Shown: in pieces, positions 21,201 to 30,755 of the stretch
How the letters are laid out: each line of letters starts with the position of its first letter
Position numbering within the stretch: the stretch's first letter is position 1
Source: a virus
DNA: 64,000 nt
IMG/VR virus record: IMGVR_UViG_3300020180_000010
Coordinates: 60,348-124,347 of that record
Strand: one strand, 5' to 3'
Made by a program: the position numbers and the translations under genes
Notes under the pieces: generated by a model
What the model was told of the DNA's origin: nothing
The model's input: the letters and a program-made list of their open reading frames with translations, nothing else
Database searches by the model: none

Positions 21201-23084
21201 ATTAATAAGTTTACTTACCGGATCTGCTTTCATATCCTTATTGAAAAAGTTCGTCAACGTGACTTCTTTTCCTTTATCCGGACCAGAGTCAAATTTAGGA
21301 TTATTTTTTGTTATGAAATCAATGTTTTGTGGAAGAAGCTTCGGTACACCTCCACCCTTCCCGCCAGCTTTTCCGGTAATGGAATCAAATGTCGTGTCGA
21401 ACGGAGTCACGGGATCGTAAATCTGATGATCAAAATCTGTGGCTGATGGAGTAAAATTAACCTTGCCTTGCTTAAAATAAGCAGTCATGTCTTCTCCCAG
21501 AACACGTAACGTAAACGCACCGCTTCCGTATGATTGTGGTGCTGATGTTACCAACCCGGCAAAAACATGTGTCCCGGCCTTATCCGTTACGAAATGATGC
21601 CTTAGCATCGACCAAAGATAATTAGGAAAATCCGATCCAACAAAAACGTCCTTTTCAATCTTGCTGAATCCAGCGTCAGGTTTGAAAAGACTATTTAGAC
21701 TATCCTTCAATCCATTCAGTCCCTGACTTACCTTTTGTTGAAATCCAAATGAATTAAAACTTGTCTGGAGACCAGAAAGAATCTTCGTATCTAACTGACT
21801 TTTACTATTAATGTATACATGGATCTCATCAAGAGGCTGAATTATAGATTTTTGATTATAATGAAGTCTCATCTGCTTTCGTAGCAACGTATTATCTTTA
21901 TTGAAACTTCTTAATTTTCTTTCAGTATTGGCTTCGGTGCTGAGTTGGGCGAATATTGAATTCGCAATAGATTTGATAAGATCTTTTTCTTGACCTTTCA
22001 AACCTTGATTTCCAAGCGGCCCTCCAAAATCAGCCGCTGTATCGATATTCGTAACATCACCTATGATGGCTTCACCAAAGTTCCGATTCCCAGGATCCGT
22101 ATCAAGATTTATCTCTATTCCCAATCCGTCGATCAATACTCTTACTTTTTTGCCAAGAAACGTATCCGGCTGAACTATGAATTTGATCGGATTGACACCT
22201 CTATTTTTTCTTTTAAGATTTAATAGTCTTTTAGTCAGCGCCATGGTGCTGTCGAGGGCACTTTTGCTTAATTGAAAAAATGTACTGCTGTAGAACGGAT
22301 TTAATGAATCACTGATCGCACGATCAATGTCTTCATCCGTAATTACAAGGATTTCTAATGGATTGGATAGTGAAAGGCTACAGGAGCCACTTCCCCATTT
22401 AATACTAGTGGTGGTTTCGAGTTGATTTACCGTAGTCAATTCAATCACGCCGGTACCGATTCCGTATGTTGTCTTGAAACTACTGTTTCGGTTAACTACC
22501 CATTGTGTAGTGGCGCTGGTACGATTAAACGCCACTAATTTTCTAATTTTCTCGATTGCTTTTTTTAAACTAGAAGGTTGTTTATTGGGGCTCAAAATAG
22601 ATGGTGAAAATAAATCCACGACATCCGCCGCATCTACCAAGATCGGCAGCATCGCATATTCAACATTGTTCTGAATCTGTGCGATCCTCTCTATCTTGGA
22701 TAATTTTTCATATGCTGATAATTGATTACATTTATTATTAAAAAGAATAGCCGATGCTTTCAAGAACAATTTATCATGCTTATCCATAAGTTCCGTGTTC
22801 GTCTGAACACGGAGTGATGAAAATTCTCTCTTTTTAACAAGAACCGTAATCTCTGGTTCTTGAGACATGATTTCTAATTGTTTCGGGAGTCTGGAATGTT
22901 TTGTAAATCCATTCTCAAGGTATCTTCGCTCGGCAGATTGATCAAATTTGCCCGCAAAATCCCCGAGCGCGCCGAAACGCTGAGTCGACCCGTCATCGTT
23001 GGTCGTATCGAGAGATCTTAATTTATTATCCGATAGATTAAATTGTTGATCCAGAATACTGCCGAGATTATCAAAAAACGCCAT
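18240..23084 (-). CDS. Baseplate hub protein (gp27/gpD-like) with large insertions
   Basis: 1614 aa. Hub-type motifs HVFAGLVTS, LEVFCDSQGHIQIRPPQYN and GSATLVGNEFQQPGEVVY..FYVQSVSHIFTYG..FKTTINM. Confidence 0.75.
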   Translation of the reverse strand: MAFFDNLGSILDQQFNLSDNKLRSLDTTNDDGSTQRFGALGDFAGKFDQSAERRYLENGFTKHSRLPKQLEIMSQEPEITVLVKKREFSSLRVQTNTELMDKHDKLFLKASAILFNNKCNQLSAYEKLSKIERIAQIQNNVEYAMLPILVDAADVVDLFSPSILSPNKQPSSLKKAIEKIRKLVAFNRTSATTQWVVNRNSSFKTTYGIGTGVIELTTVNQLETTTSIKWGSGSCSLSLSNPLEILVITDEDIDRAISDSLNPFYSSTFFQLSKSALDSTMALTKRLLNLKRKNRGVNPIKFIVQPDTFLGKKVRVLIDGLGIEINLDTDPGNRNFGEAIIGDVTNIDTAADFGGPLGNQGLKGQEKDLIKSIANSIFAQLSTEANTERKLRSFNKDNTLLRKQMRLHYNQKSIIQPLDEIHVYINSKSQLDTKILSGLQTSFNSFGFQQKVSQGLNGLKDSLNSLFKPDAGFSKIEKDVFVGSDFPNYLWSMLRHHFVTDKAGTHVFAGLVTSAPQSYGSGAFTLRVLGEDMTAYFKQGKVNFTPSATDFDHQIYDPVTPFDTTFDSITGKAGGKGGGVPKLLPQNIDFITKNNPKFDSGPDKGKEVTLTNFFNKDMKADPVSKLINQIYYAPSGMVYRWKSGIATLTQTKNTFNPSASIVETVITRTTSDAFAGQDVMNVLSLLLTGEPYNFATFYKNAIQFDSYKTEQTVDASYYRGLLNNLKKNNRLYGNYIPFKRLSIPESQTALAIRTQTDLLNDSSQLESLLRERAILFDRLSMVTSGGVSSGQDGTAQQDSTLVFKVRIKELDEQIGEKQKAVNQAMNSGEKFLSIQGDDISFEVGGLMDTGKSTLTEQSRLRKELRRKLNYLTRRLMYRVKSNDDSNLLIVDDSYDKDYDFQAFSKSVTGNMNDFSSDYSYVGEQINNVAGILDLEVFCDSQGHIQIRPPQYNRVPQSVFYKMFQMKEQLGIQLFPSFLEDLFKNQVKSLVENIEVVEDEIRYYALALGKASDDEVTALINIGGGTFTFVSAQDGKIASLEAIFNEKDPDDKTKVSDSSELVRNLGDLSSSLERQAKNTGSVFNIQKRVSLVSQTSVSNINTFITSSDKLQDRSDAIVNRLTSKTGVAPVQLKSLLVNTDKLKTTSAIDVFKITKEIAGLIGRRQNLVKSAASAVKSMKDTYETTTSGGESNKVTFQNLFTKKDVPEILENMIEDESYDDYGFGSGSRYVIRNRNIISYDFNEKSPGFNMVRVDGLFAEGFADAPGDLSLSKSGGNALTSAYAVDYDLWRMYGLKGTQAVTVPFFSDPDTQCAPYAVSLLNRERGKIFTGSATLVGNEFQQPGEVVYFEPRNILFYVQSVSHIFTYGSVFKTTINMSHGHGLGEYIPTSFDVIGKVLYRNRDQVNQTVYKGPDSGDQKLGTIILAPVGGSVLKSAASGAAGASGATGESGGDQIAADPYGSKNKNILLNIGRSIFSFMTPNSDKVLPTVQIRIFFNSKKGINTVTPELKEAAEFVKKFLTAENSKKATAAFGSSDPPAPALADDSVFLPLPKELVTIEEIDRGKESEPRQPSSFAWDAVNNLNNNSSASSGASSDGIKREKILASSVIDIWLVSE

Positions 23085-23106
23085 CTTACTTTATCTATAT
23101 CTGACT

Positions 23107-23964
23107 CTATCTTTTCGTAGAATAGTGTCCGAATGTGCTGGGAATACCACCAGCAGAATTGTTGCTCGGCCCACCAACGGCAGACCTGTTCCAAGGCATG
23201 CTGTTGAGCCGGTATCCTCGTCTCTGCGTTACATGAAAATGCATCGAATAACTGATCGTTCCGATCAATTCGGCATCTTCCGTTACCGAAAAATCTTTAA
23301 AATAACCTCGGAAAACTGATCCGTCATAATACATTTCTACCCCAAGCGCCAACGCCGCTAAGGACGGAACATTCTGTGGAGCAATGGCGCCGGAACCTGG
23401 ATCCGCACCGAGCAGTCCTCCCGCAACGGTACTGGCGATGCTTCCGCCCAATCCTCCACCAAAAATAGATTCACCAGCTTTATCAACAATACCCTGAAAT
23501 CCTGATGTCCTGGCATCTGCTGATAGAGCCAATCCGATCGCATCGAATGATAATTGTTCTGCACGGAATATTTCATACAGAACATTGATTCCTTCGATAC
23601 CAGAACTTCCGGTCGATCCGCTGATCGTGAGCTTAGGAAGCTCCTCTCCCCAATACTGAATAACGAATCCGCCTTTCGTTTGTTCTTCCTTTATTATTTT
23701 AGTATAAATGTATACTATATTTTTAGGATTCACGTACATCTTTACGACACCGTATTCCGGAACGAACCAACTAATAATTTTTCTTTTTTGTTTCGCCGGA
23801 CGTCTATCTGACGGTGCTTTGGCTGATGGAAGACCATTCCCATCACCTGAAGGAATTCCCGATACAATGAATCCATCTTTCTCGAAGTCTTGAGGTCCGC
23901 TTGAACCACCGAGAGCTTGTGAGACTTGATTCAATCCATCAATAATAGGTCCGAATACGCCCAT
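23107..23964 (-). CDS. Tail tube initiator/baseplate-tube junction protein
   Basis: 285 aa between tape measure and hub. MYVNPKNI..TKGGFVIQYWGEELPKLTISGSTG and FRGYFKDFSVTE..YSMHFHV are tube-fold motifs. Confidence 0.7.
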   Translation of the reverse strand: MGVFGPIIDGLNQVSQALGGSSGPQDFEKDGFIVSGIPSGDGNGLPSAKAPSDRRPAKQKRKIISWFVPEYGVVKMYVNPKNIVYIYTKIIKEEQTKGGFVIQYWGEELPKLTISGSTGSSGIEGINVLYEIFRAEQLSFDAIGLALSADARTSGFQGIVDKAGESIFGGGLGGSIASTVAGGLLGADPGSGAIAPQNVPSLAALALGVEMYYDGSVFRGYFKDFSVTEDAELIGTISYSMHFHVTQRRGYRLNSMPWNRSAVGGPSNNSAGGIPSTFGHYSTKR

Positions 23965-24013
23965 GATAATATGAGTTGATATGCCTCCGGCATTCTCTTG
24001 TCTTATGCAGGAG

Positions 24014-26158
24014 TTATTCTGATCTTCTTGGGATCAGAGACTGTCTCGATTCTACTTCGGCGATGATTTTACCTTTATCATTAACTCTGCCACAATCAAT
24101 GCACTTCACCTCTAGTTGTCCAGTGATCTTTAAACTATCGGGAAACTTTACTTCCTGCGCTCCGAGACGTGCCTGATTTTGTCCCGTACCTGCGCCGCCA
24201 CCCGTACCAACATTTTGGATCGATCTTACGGTTTTATCCGTAAGAGCCGCGGAGGGAGATTTTTCAGCCGGACGCTGAATCTGTTGCGCTGCCATTTGTT
24301 GGTGTTGTTTATGTGTAATGACAGGAGGAAGAGGAGCGGTAGTCCTGCCCCGTACCATATCTCTCTTATCCGTATCACCAATACGCGTGATCGTCGGAAG
24401 AGGCTTATCTGGACGTGTGGCTTCGTGGTGTTTCTCTTTTCCACTAATAAAGAGTTTGGCGGTTGCCCCGGCTTCCTTGATTGACGGGAAAAGTCCGCCT
24501 TTTTGAGGCGCGGTAGAATCTTGTAAAGATGCTCCGACAGCTTGAGTCGCGTCTTGTGATAAACTGTTTAATACTTTTTCAACTATAGGATTGCCTTTTC
24601 CAGCAATTACTCCAAGTATTCTTGTAATGTTTGCTAATGATTCCTGCTGTATCTTGGTAATACTGGCACTTATGGCCGTGAGTGCGGTTTTTCGATCATC
24701 CTGAACATTTTTACCGCGCTGACTGCTTATTTCGAAAAGATCTTGCTTGCCTCTTACTTCTCCCGTTCCGAGCGTTCCGGTTTTCAACGCATCAAAGAAT
24801 CTTCCGGCAGACTGCTCATCCTTTACCATGGCTCCGAATGGAGTGGATTTTGCTAATGATAATTGTCTTCGGTATTGTGCGGCAGACCTGGGATCCTGTC
24901 CGGCTTGTTCAAGAGATACGATATTCCCCCCAAGCTGGCGTTTAAACGTATCCTGAGCCATTTTCATGACTTCATCAAGCTTGTCTTGCCGTATCAGATT
25001 ATCAATTTTATAAGCGCCCTGAAGCCCTCCCGGACCTCCGGATCTAGATGAAATGAATGCTTTGCTTCCGGTATCGAGACCCTTAATACCATCCACCATT
25101 TCATTAATCAATTTGGCTGACTGTGTAGATGATAAGCCTATTTCTCTAAATGTTGGACCGAAACGTTGCAGGATATTAAGAGTAGAGTTGGATTGATCTC
25201 CAAGCATTCCGAATTTATTAGCAACATCCTCAGCTACGGACCTGACATCATTAAATGTTAATTTAGAGAATTCAGATACGGTATTCAGGGCACCTATATA
25301 TTTAACAGCATCACCAGCACTCAAGCCCATCTTTTCATAAGCTTCTTTTATTTCTAACTGAACCTTTGGCAATCCTCCGAGAGTCGTGACGGAAACTCTT
25401 GTCGCGGCATTCACAACATCTAATGTTCCGCCCCATTCAGTCGTGGAGTCAGATGAACTATTCATGGCTCCCGGAATCTCTCCGATAGTGGATCTTAGTT
25501 GATTCAACGATGTAACGCTGAATCCTGTTGCTAAGGATAAATTCTTTGTTTGTTCTATAAGATTATGAGTTTTATCAGTAAGATTTTGAGAAGAAGCTCC
25601 CCCGATATCAAATACGTCGCTTAGTTGACCACGGGCCACGGCCAATTGAATAAATTGGTCTTCAACGCCTCGGATGGCTTGAGCATTTCTGATCATAAGA
25701 TCAATTCCATCGGTAACTCCGGTGATCATTTTTTCGATCTCCATTCCCACTTCTGGTATATTTCCTGTCAGGCTTGTAATCTGAGTCAACACTCCTTTAA
25801 TCGGAGCAAAGGTTTCGGCAGTTGTGACGAATCCTAATTTTGCATCGGTCGCAAAACCTGCAAACGTCTCAGATGCATGTTGGCCAGCAATTGCAGAACT
25901 GATAATCGCTTCACCTAATTGTTTAACAAGAGTTATAGTGGACTCTATTTTCCCGGGATCAATAAATTTACTTATACTGTCTTTATTATTCTGTACTGTT
26001 GATTTTAAGTCAGTTAATTGTTTATTAAAGCGATCTGTTTCGGTGCCCGCTTTTTGAGCGTTATTTATGAAGCCTTCCATGGCTTTTGCCAATGCATCAA
26101 ATCCTGATGGATCCGGTGCGGTCGGAACCGTGGCAGTAGTTTCGGAAGGATCAGTCAT
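24014..26158 (-). CDS. Tape measure protein
   Basis: 714 aa, Ala/Gly/Gln-rich and helical, located after the tail chaperones and before the tube initiator. Confidence 0.7.
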   Translation of the reverse strand: MTDPSETTATVPTAPDPSGFDALAKAMEGFINNAQKAGTETDRFNKQLTDLKSTVQNNKDSISKFIDPGKIESTITLVKQLGEAIISSAIAGQHASETFAGFATDAKLGFVTTAETFAPIKGVLTQITSLTGNIPEVGMEIEKMITGVTDGIDLMIRNAQAIRGVEDQFIQLAVARGQLSDVFDIGGASSQNLTDKTHNLIEQTKNLSLATGFSVTSLNQLRSTIGEIPGAMNSSSDSTTEWGGTLDVVNAATRVSVTTLGGLPKVQLEIKEAYEKMGLSAGDAVKYIGALNTVSEFSKLTFNDVRSVAEDVANKFGMLGDQSNSTLNILQRFGPTFREIGLSSTQSAKLINEMVDGIKGLDTGSKAFISSRSGGPGGLQGAYKIDNLIRQDKLDEVMKMAQDTFKRQLGGNIVSLEQAGQDPRSAAQYRRQLSLAKSTPFGAMVKDEQSAGRFFDALKTGTLGTGEVRGKQDLFEISSQRGKNVQDDRKTALTAISASITKIQQESLANITRILGVIAGKGNPIVEKVLNSLSQDATQAVGASLQDSTAPQKGGLFPSIKEAGATAKLFISGKEKHHEATRPDKPLPTITRIGDTDKRDMVRGRTTAPLPPVITHKQHQQMAAQQIQRPAEKSPSAALTDKTVRSIQNVGTGGGAGTGQNQARLGAQEVKFPDSLKITGQLEVKCIDCGRVNDKGKIIAEVESRQSLIPRRSE

Positions 26159-26169
26159 TGTTTATTAAT

Positions 26170-26520
26170 TCATGAACCTGTCAGGGCTCGGCGTTTTCGT
26201 TTCTTTTTTGAAGAAACGACGTTAGTTTGATTAGATTCGATAAGTTTACGTGAAAATTCATCGAATTCAGCATCGGTTGATTTGAATGTATTATTATCAC
26301 GATTCAATAGTTCCCGAACTGCCTGTGGATTGATGAAAGATCCAACAGCATAACTGATATCTCGAATATCCTCACCTTTTTCCATCTGATCCTCAACCCA
26401 ATGCTCAAACATTAATAGTTTCAGAAGAGGATCCATGTCCTCAAAATATGGATCATCCGGAAGTCTTTGATATGTTTTACTTAAGAACCAGATAAAACGC
26501 TGATCTGGTTCCTTAACTAT
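26170..26520 (-). CDS. Tail assembly chaperone, -1 frameshift extension (GT-type)
   Basis: The 88-aa ORF (26170..26436) stays open upstream to the slippery site, reading IVKEPDQRFIWFLSKTYQRLPDDPYFEDMDPLLK... Confidence 0.75.
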   Translation of the reverse strand: MVKEPDQRFIWFLSKTYQRLPDDPYFEDMDPLLKLLMFEHWVEDQMEKGEDIRDISYAVGSFINPQAVRELLNRDNNTFKSTDAEFDEFSRKLIESNQTNVVSSKKKRKRRALTGS

Positions 26521-26526
26521 TTTTTT
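26480..26526 (-). promoter_or_regulatory. Programmed -1 ribosomal frameshift signal
   Basis: A AAA AAA heptamer (26520..26526) directly before TAG, followed by the hairpin TTAAG-GAACCAGAT...ATCTGGTTC-TTAA. Confidence 0.8.
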
Positions 26527-27131
26527 ATTTCTTCAGCCAATTCTTTCAGATCGGTTTCGGAACTGACCTTAAATCGATCCGATGCTTCTCTCGTCAATGA
26601 TGCAAATTCAGAATAAAGCCGCTCAATAAGGCTTTCATCAAATTCATCCAGAATATCCATAACGGCCGAACGATCATTTGTTTCGAGAGCCGTAAATAGA
26701 TCGTTCCCATCAATCGCGCATAATGATGTTGCTAATTGCTGTCTACGTAGTTCAAATGTCTGCTGGATCACATCCTGTTGAAGCGATTCAGCTATACATG
26801 ACCGCATTTCTTTTGATTTAAGAGTCCTGAGTGTAAATGTAGTATTTTCGATCCGTACTTCTTTAGTTATTCTTCCGATATTCGCTAGAAATTCTACACG
26901 CTGTTTATTATACGGTGTTATTTTTACTTTTCCGGTTACTTTTTCTTTCCGGGCTGCGGCAATTTCTCTTTCCATTGCAGCATAATCAGCTCGTGATTGA
27001 CCATACTCTTCGTTAAGATCATTATCCTGGCCAGAATTATCCGGAACTTCATAGGTACGTTGAGTCGAGGCTCGGTGCGTAACGGAAGGTGAAAAATTTT
27101 TATTTCCGATCGGACTATTTATACTTGACAT
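26517..27131 (-). CDS. Tail assembly chaperone (G-type)
   Basis: 204 aa between tube and tape measure; FTLRTLKSKE motif; ends EEIKK on a slippery A-run. Confidence 0.8.
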   Translation of the reverse strand: MSSINSPIGNKNFSPSVTHRASTQRTYEVPDNSGQDNDLNEEYGQSRADYAAMEREIAAARKEKVTGKVKITPYNKQRVEFLANIGRITKEVRIENTTFTLRTLKSKEMRSCIAESLQQDVIQQTFELRRQQLATSLCAIDGNDLFTALETNDRSAVMDILDEFDESLIERLYSEFASLTREASDRFKVSSETDLKELAEEIKK

Positions 27132-27157
27132 ACTGCCGTTCTTCTTTCTTCAAAATG

Positions 27158-27192
27158 AATCAGGAGAGCTGCATTTCTGCGCTCTCCTGATT
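27158..27192 (-). terminator. Stem-loop after the tail tube gene (terminator/attenuator)
   Basis: Perfect 12-bp inverted repeat AATCAGGAGAGC...GCTCTCCTGATT followed by CATTTT. Confidence 0.6.
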
Positions 27193-27214
27193 ATATATCA
27201 ATTTGATTCTTTGT

Positions 27215-27838
27215 TTAGAATGGATTACGATTTAAGAAGGCATTGATAAGACCCGGGGCATCCATAGAGCCACGACGACCGCCACGATCCGCTTCACGTT
27301 CGATCTCATCATTAAAGAATACGAGTCCTCGTTCTCCACCCGTTGCGGCATTATTGGCTCCGCCAGCAAAATGGCTCTCAATGCTTTCGCAATCAAAGTG
27401 CATTTGTTCAGATATGATAAAAGCATCCGCGCCATAACTAGTTTGGATACTATTTATCCACACATTTCGAAGAGTCGTGACGATCGTATTCTCCCCATCT
27501 CCTTTAAACGTATCGAAGATATCAATATCAAACGGATATCGCTGAGCATGCGCGTGTACGTACCCACGGCCAAAAGCCTCGGCAATGCGAAGACGATCAA
27601 AACGAATCCGGGTACAATTGCCTATAATTTTGACTGAGCCGTTTGGGACGCTATCAACGTTACCATCCGTCCCAACCTCCTTAAGCATATAGATCGCCCG
27701 CGTCTCGGTGTAACTGATCGTCTGGATCGCGCCGATCGCGTTATTATTAACTTTAACTACAATATTAGTGCTGAGTGCGGTGCCGATACGATTTTTACCG
27801 TCGCCCGAATAAAAATTTGTTCCCGTTTGAGCTGCCAT
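27215..27838 (-). CDS. Tail tube protein
   Basis: 207 aa right after the sheath. IGAIQTISYTETR, RYPFDIDIFD and TTLRNVWINS..YGADAFIISE are tube-type motifs. Confidence 0.85.
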   Translation of the reverse strand: MAAQTGTNFYSGDGKNRIGTALSTNIVVKVNNNAIGAIQTISYTETRAIYMLKEVGTDGNVDSVPNGSVKIIGNCTRIRFDRLRIAEAFGRGYVHAHAQRYPFDIDIFDTFKGDGENTIVTTLRNVWINSIQTSYGADAFIISEQMHFDCESIESHFAGGANNAATGGERGLVFFNDEIEREADRGGRRGSMDAPGLINAFLNRNPF

Positions 27839-27885
27839 TTAGTTCTCCAGATCCTGTAATATAATAAAATTATTCATTCTTTGAG

Positions 27886-30627
27886 TTAGAGAACGCCAAT
27901 CCCGACTTTTATATAAATCCAGTTGACAGGATAGATCGGCTGGGCTCTTAGTGAAATGTTCCATTGTCTCGGATCCACCGAATCACGCACAACTTTCAAA
28001 TCTGCGTATTTCGTTATCAATGACCCGGTAAACGAATTAAGCAATCCGATCGCGCGTGATGTCAAGCTTCCCTGAGTCGTATCATCTTCGGGATTACCTA
28101 CGAACCCATCAAAGCCCAATCGAAGTGACTTGGCGATCCGGTCACGAATGAAGATGATCGAAATCTCTTCCTCTTCCGGAAATCCGCTATTCGTTGTGGT
28201 CTTGCCCTGTATAACCTTGCCACCACCGGATACCGGCTGAACTACCGTGATGCCGGACCCAACCAACTGCTCCAATACAGTCGGTGAATACCGCTTATCG
28301 TTCAGAATAGTTATCCCGGCTAACGTCTTATTCGTTAGTGGGATCGCAACATTCGGCGTTCCGCAGAAGAACCCTGCGGCAGCCGCGGCCATGTAGAATC
28401 CGTCAATCTTTACCCGTTCTGTCCCGGCCTGCACGACAATCTCATCAGGATACATATACACGGCTCGGAATGTATTTCCGAATGCTGCCCTGACGCTATA
28501 GTTGGCAAGGTCTTCCGTATTTCCAGACAGGATCTCATTAATATCGTCTCCCTGAATACCTTCCAGGACTCCAATATCCTCAACCGCTGCCAATTTTGAG
28601 CCCCTGACATTGTCAGGAGTCAAACCACGAATACCGCCGCAGAACAGAACACGTTCGCGTTTGTTCTTGATATTGCTCATTGTTCTACAGTGAGCAAGTG
28701 TGTTCTGAAATATCGCGCTGATGGTCTGCTTGGGTAGCGGTACCACGATATCAACTTCAACCGTTTCTAGCTTAGCAAGCGTTCCTAACCATCCTGCATC
28801 GAAGAAATCAGCGTCCCGATCATCAATCAGTGTCGTGCGGAGAGACTGTCCTGCCGGTACAACACTCTGATTCACCACTACGAATGAGCCGTTTTTCGTT
28901 GTATCGAATACTTCAAACGCAACGTTTGTTTCGTCAACAAAGTATTTCTTAATCGTGATGGCGAAGTTATTTCCCGACACCACTCCTGCAATTAGGAATT
29001 TGCCATTATTTACTTCATTCGAAGACGCGGTGATCTTTACATTTAGTAATGTCAGTCCTGAAATCAAACTAAAGTCAGTCGAGGCACTTCCCAAAACTGC
29101 CTTCGTTCCATCAATCATATTAGGTGTGATGACACCATCACCAATTGTACTGATGACAGTGCCGGATGAATTAACCAATTGGAACTGTACAGCAGTGGCG
29201 GATGTAAAGAGTGGGAACCTTACATTGAGTGATCCGCTCGATACTGCCGTTATATCGAATATGCCTTTGTTTACATCATTCGCAACATTAAACTGTTTAA
29301 TCTTCTTACCTACATCGGAAGCCGTAAAGGTAAACGATGCACTGGTAAGGGTTGCGTTACCTGGACTTGCTACGGATGAAACCAATGTTCCGTTGGTACC
29401 GAATTTAGTTACGAGGGGTCTCTCGATAACCGTGTAGTAGTAAGCGTAGGTTGTGGTGCTGAAAATAAATGTATTGAGCGATGGCGTGGTGCTGGTATCA
29501 CCTACCGTAAATAGTGGATGTTTGTTCGGAAGAACCTGAGTCTCGATACCCGTCGCGGTATTCGTTGTGAAGAAATGTAGATTTGAATTTACATCTGGTT
29601 TCACACCTACCGGAAGTGGGAATATGTACTCTTCAATATCCGTGCTGGTAGACGATACTGATGTCGAAAGATCAAAAGCAGTACGTCTGGGCAATGCTGG
29701 TTTCGTCTGAAGCGTCACGACACCCGGAGTAGCGTTGGAGAACGCAATCTGACAGCCAAGTGTTAGATTGTTATCAACGCTTGAAAGTCCATGTTTTTTC
29801 GATATATCTTCCATATTATCGAAAAATACCGGGTCATTCAGATCGGTAATCGAAATATACGCCGCAGTCAGGGAATCATTGCGAAGCAGAACGCCAGATT
29901 CAACTTTAACTTGGAAGGAATCGCCTTCTTTAAAGTTATTTGAGCCGAAGGTTGGGTTCTGATAAACGCTGAATCTTATAATGCCGTTCGAAACGATATT
30001 ATTGTCAGATAGCCAGACAATTGGGTTTCCATAACCATCAAGTAACGCACCCGAAACTGAACCAAATGCCAAGAACTTGGCCGTTTGGGTCATCGGGGCT
30101 CCGTATCCGTCACGCTGGACCGATACGCATTTGATGGTCCAGGTTTCGGAAGGAGCGTTCAGGTCAACGACGCTGAGATTCTCAATCGTGCCGGAACCAA
30201 AATTTGAAGTAGATGGGAGATAGAATTTACCTCCCAGGTCAACCAAATGGGCAGACTGTAGTTCAATTCTGCCGGTGGCCGGATCTACTCTACAATCGTA
30301 AAAATCATCAAACGCATTTAGATCTATTTTGGCTTCTAGTAATTTTAGAGGTGAGCCGTTTCGATAAATGATTGTTCTGTTGATTACGTTTGGGAAGAGA
30401 GTGAGCTTGAAGTGACGTCCGTCAGCTCCGCTGGTTGAGGCGTAGGTTGGATTGAAACCATCCAAACCTCCACCCAAAGCTGAACTTACGATTACTTCGG
30501 TACGGGCTCCTTCGCCCATAATTGCTGCGAGGCGCACGCCTCCCGGAACCGAAACGCCCGACGTTACCGTTTGGACATCTGTATATACTCCGGGAATTGC
30601 TCCCGCTGCACCTGGGATGTTAGCCAT
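27886..30627 (-). CDS. Tail sheath protein with inserted domains
   Basis: 913 aa. N-terminal PGVYTDV, AHCRTMS..KRER, and C-terminal EISIIFIRDRIAKSLR..QPIYPVNWIYIKV. Confidence 0.92.
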   Translation of the reverse strand: MANIPGAAGAIPGVYTDVQTVTSGVSVPGGVRLAAIMGEGARTEVIVSSALGGGLDGFNPTYASTSGADGRHFKLTLFPNVINRTIIYRNGSPLKLLEAKIDLNAFDDFYDCRVDPATGRIELQSAHLVDLGGKFYLPSTSNFGSGTIENLSVVDLNAPSETWTIKCVSVQRDGYGAPMTQTAKFLAFGSVSGALLDGYGNPIVWLSDNNIVSNGIIRFSVYQNPTFGSNNFKEGDSFQVKVESGVLLRNDSLTAAYISITDLNDPVFFDNMEDISKKHGLSSVDNNLTLGCQIAFSNATPGVVTLQTKPALPRRTAFDLSTSVSSTSTDIEEYIFPLPVGVKPDVNSNLHFFTTNTATGIETQVLPNKHPLFTVGDTSTTPSLNTFIFSTTTYAYYYTVIERPLVTKFGTNGTLVSSVASPGNATLTSASFTFTASDVGKKIKQFNVANDVNKGIFDITAVSSGSLNVRFPLFTSATAVQFQLVNSSGTVISTIGDGVITPNMIDGTKAVLGSASTDFSLISGLTLLNVKITASSNEVNNGKFLIAGVVSGNNFAITIKKYFVDETNVAFEVFDTTKNGSFVVVNQSVVPAGQSLRTTLIDDRDADFFDAGWLGTLAKLETVEVDIVVPLPKQTISAIFQNTLAHCRTMSNIKNKRERVLFCGGIRGLTPDNVRGSKLAAVEDIGVLEGIQGDDINEILSGNTEDLANYSVRAAFGNTFRAVYMYPDEIVVQAGTERVKIDGFYMAAAAAGFFCGTPNVAIPLTNKTLAGITILNDKRYSPTVLEQLVGSGITVVQPVSGGGKVIQGKTTTNSGFPEEEEISIIFIRDRIAKSLRLGFDGFVGNPEDDTTQGSLTSRAIGLLNSFTGSLITKYADLKVVRDSVDPRQWNISLRAQPIYPVNWIYIKVGIGVL

Positions 30628-30755
30628 GAATTTTCCTATTCAAGTTAGTCATGATGATGTTTGATTATTAGCTATTTCTGAATTTATCATTCTAACAATA
30701 CCACCTAATATACAAGAAATTGCTACGACATTGATAAAATTATTAAAATAAAATA

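Noticed and set aside
973-30627. Extracellular contractile injection system or tailocin
   Set aside because: A capsid gene, decoration protein and neck genes are in the same operon, so this is a phage virion module.
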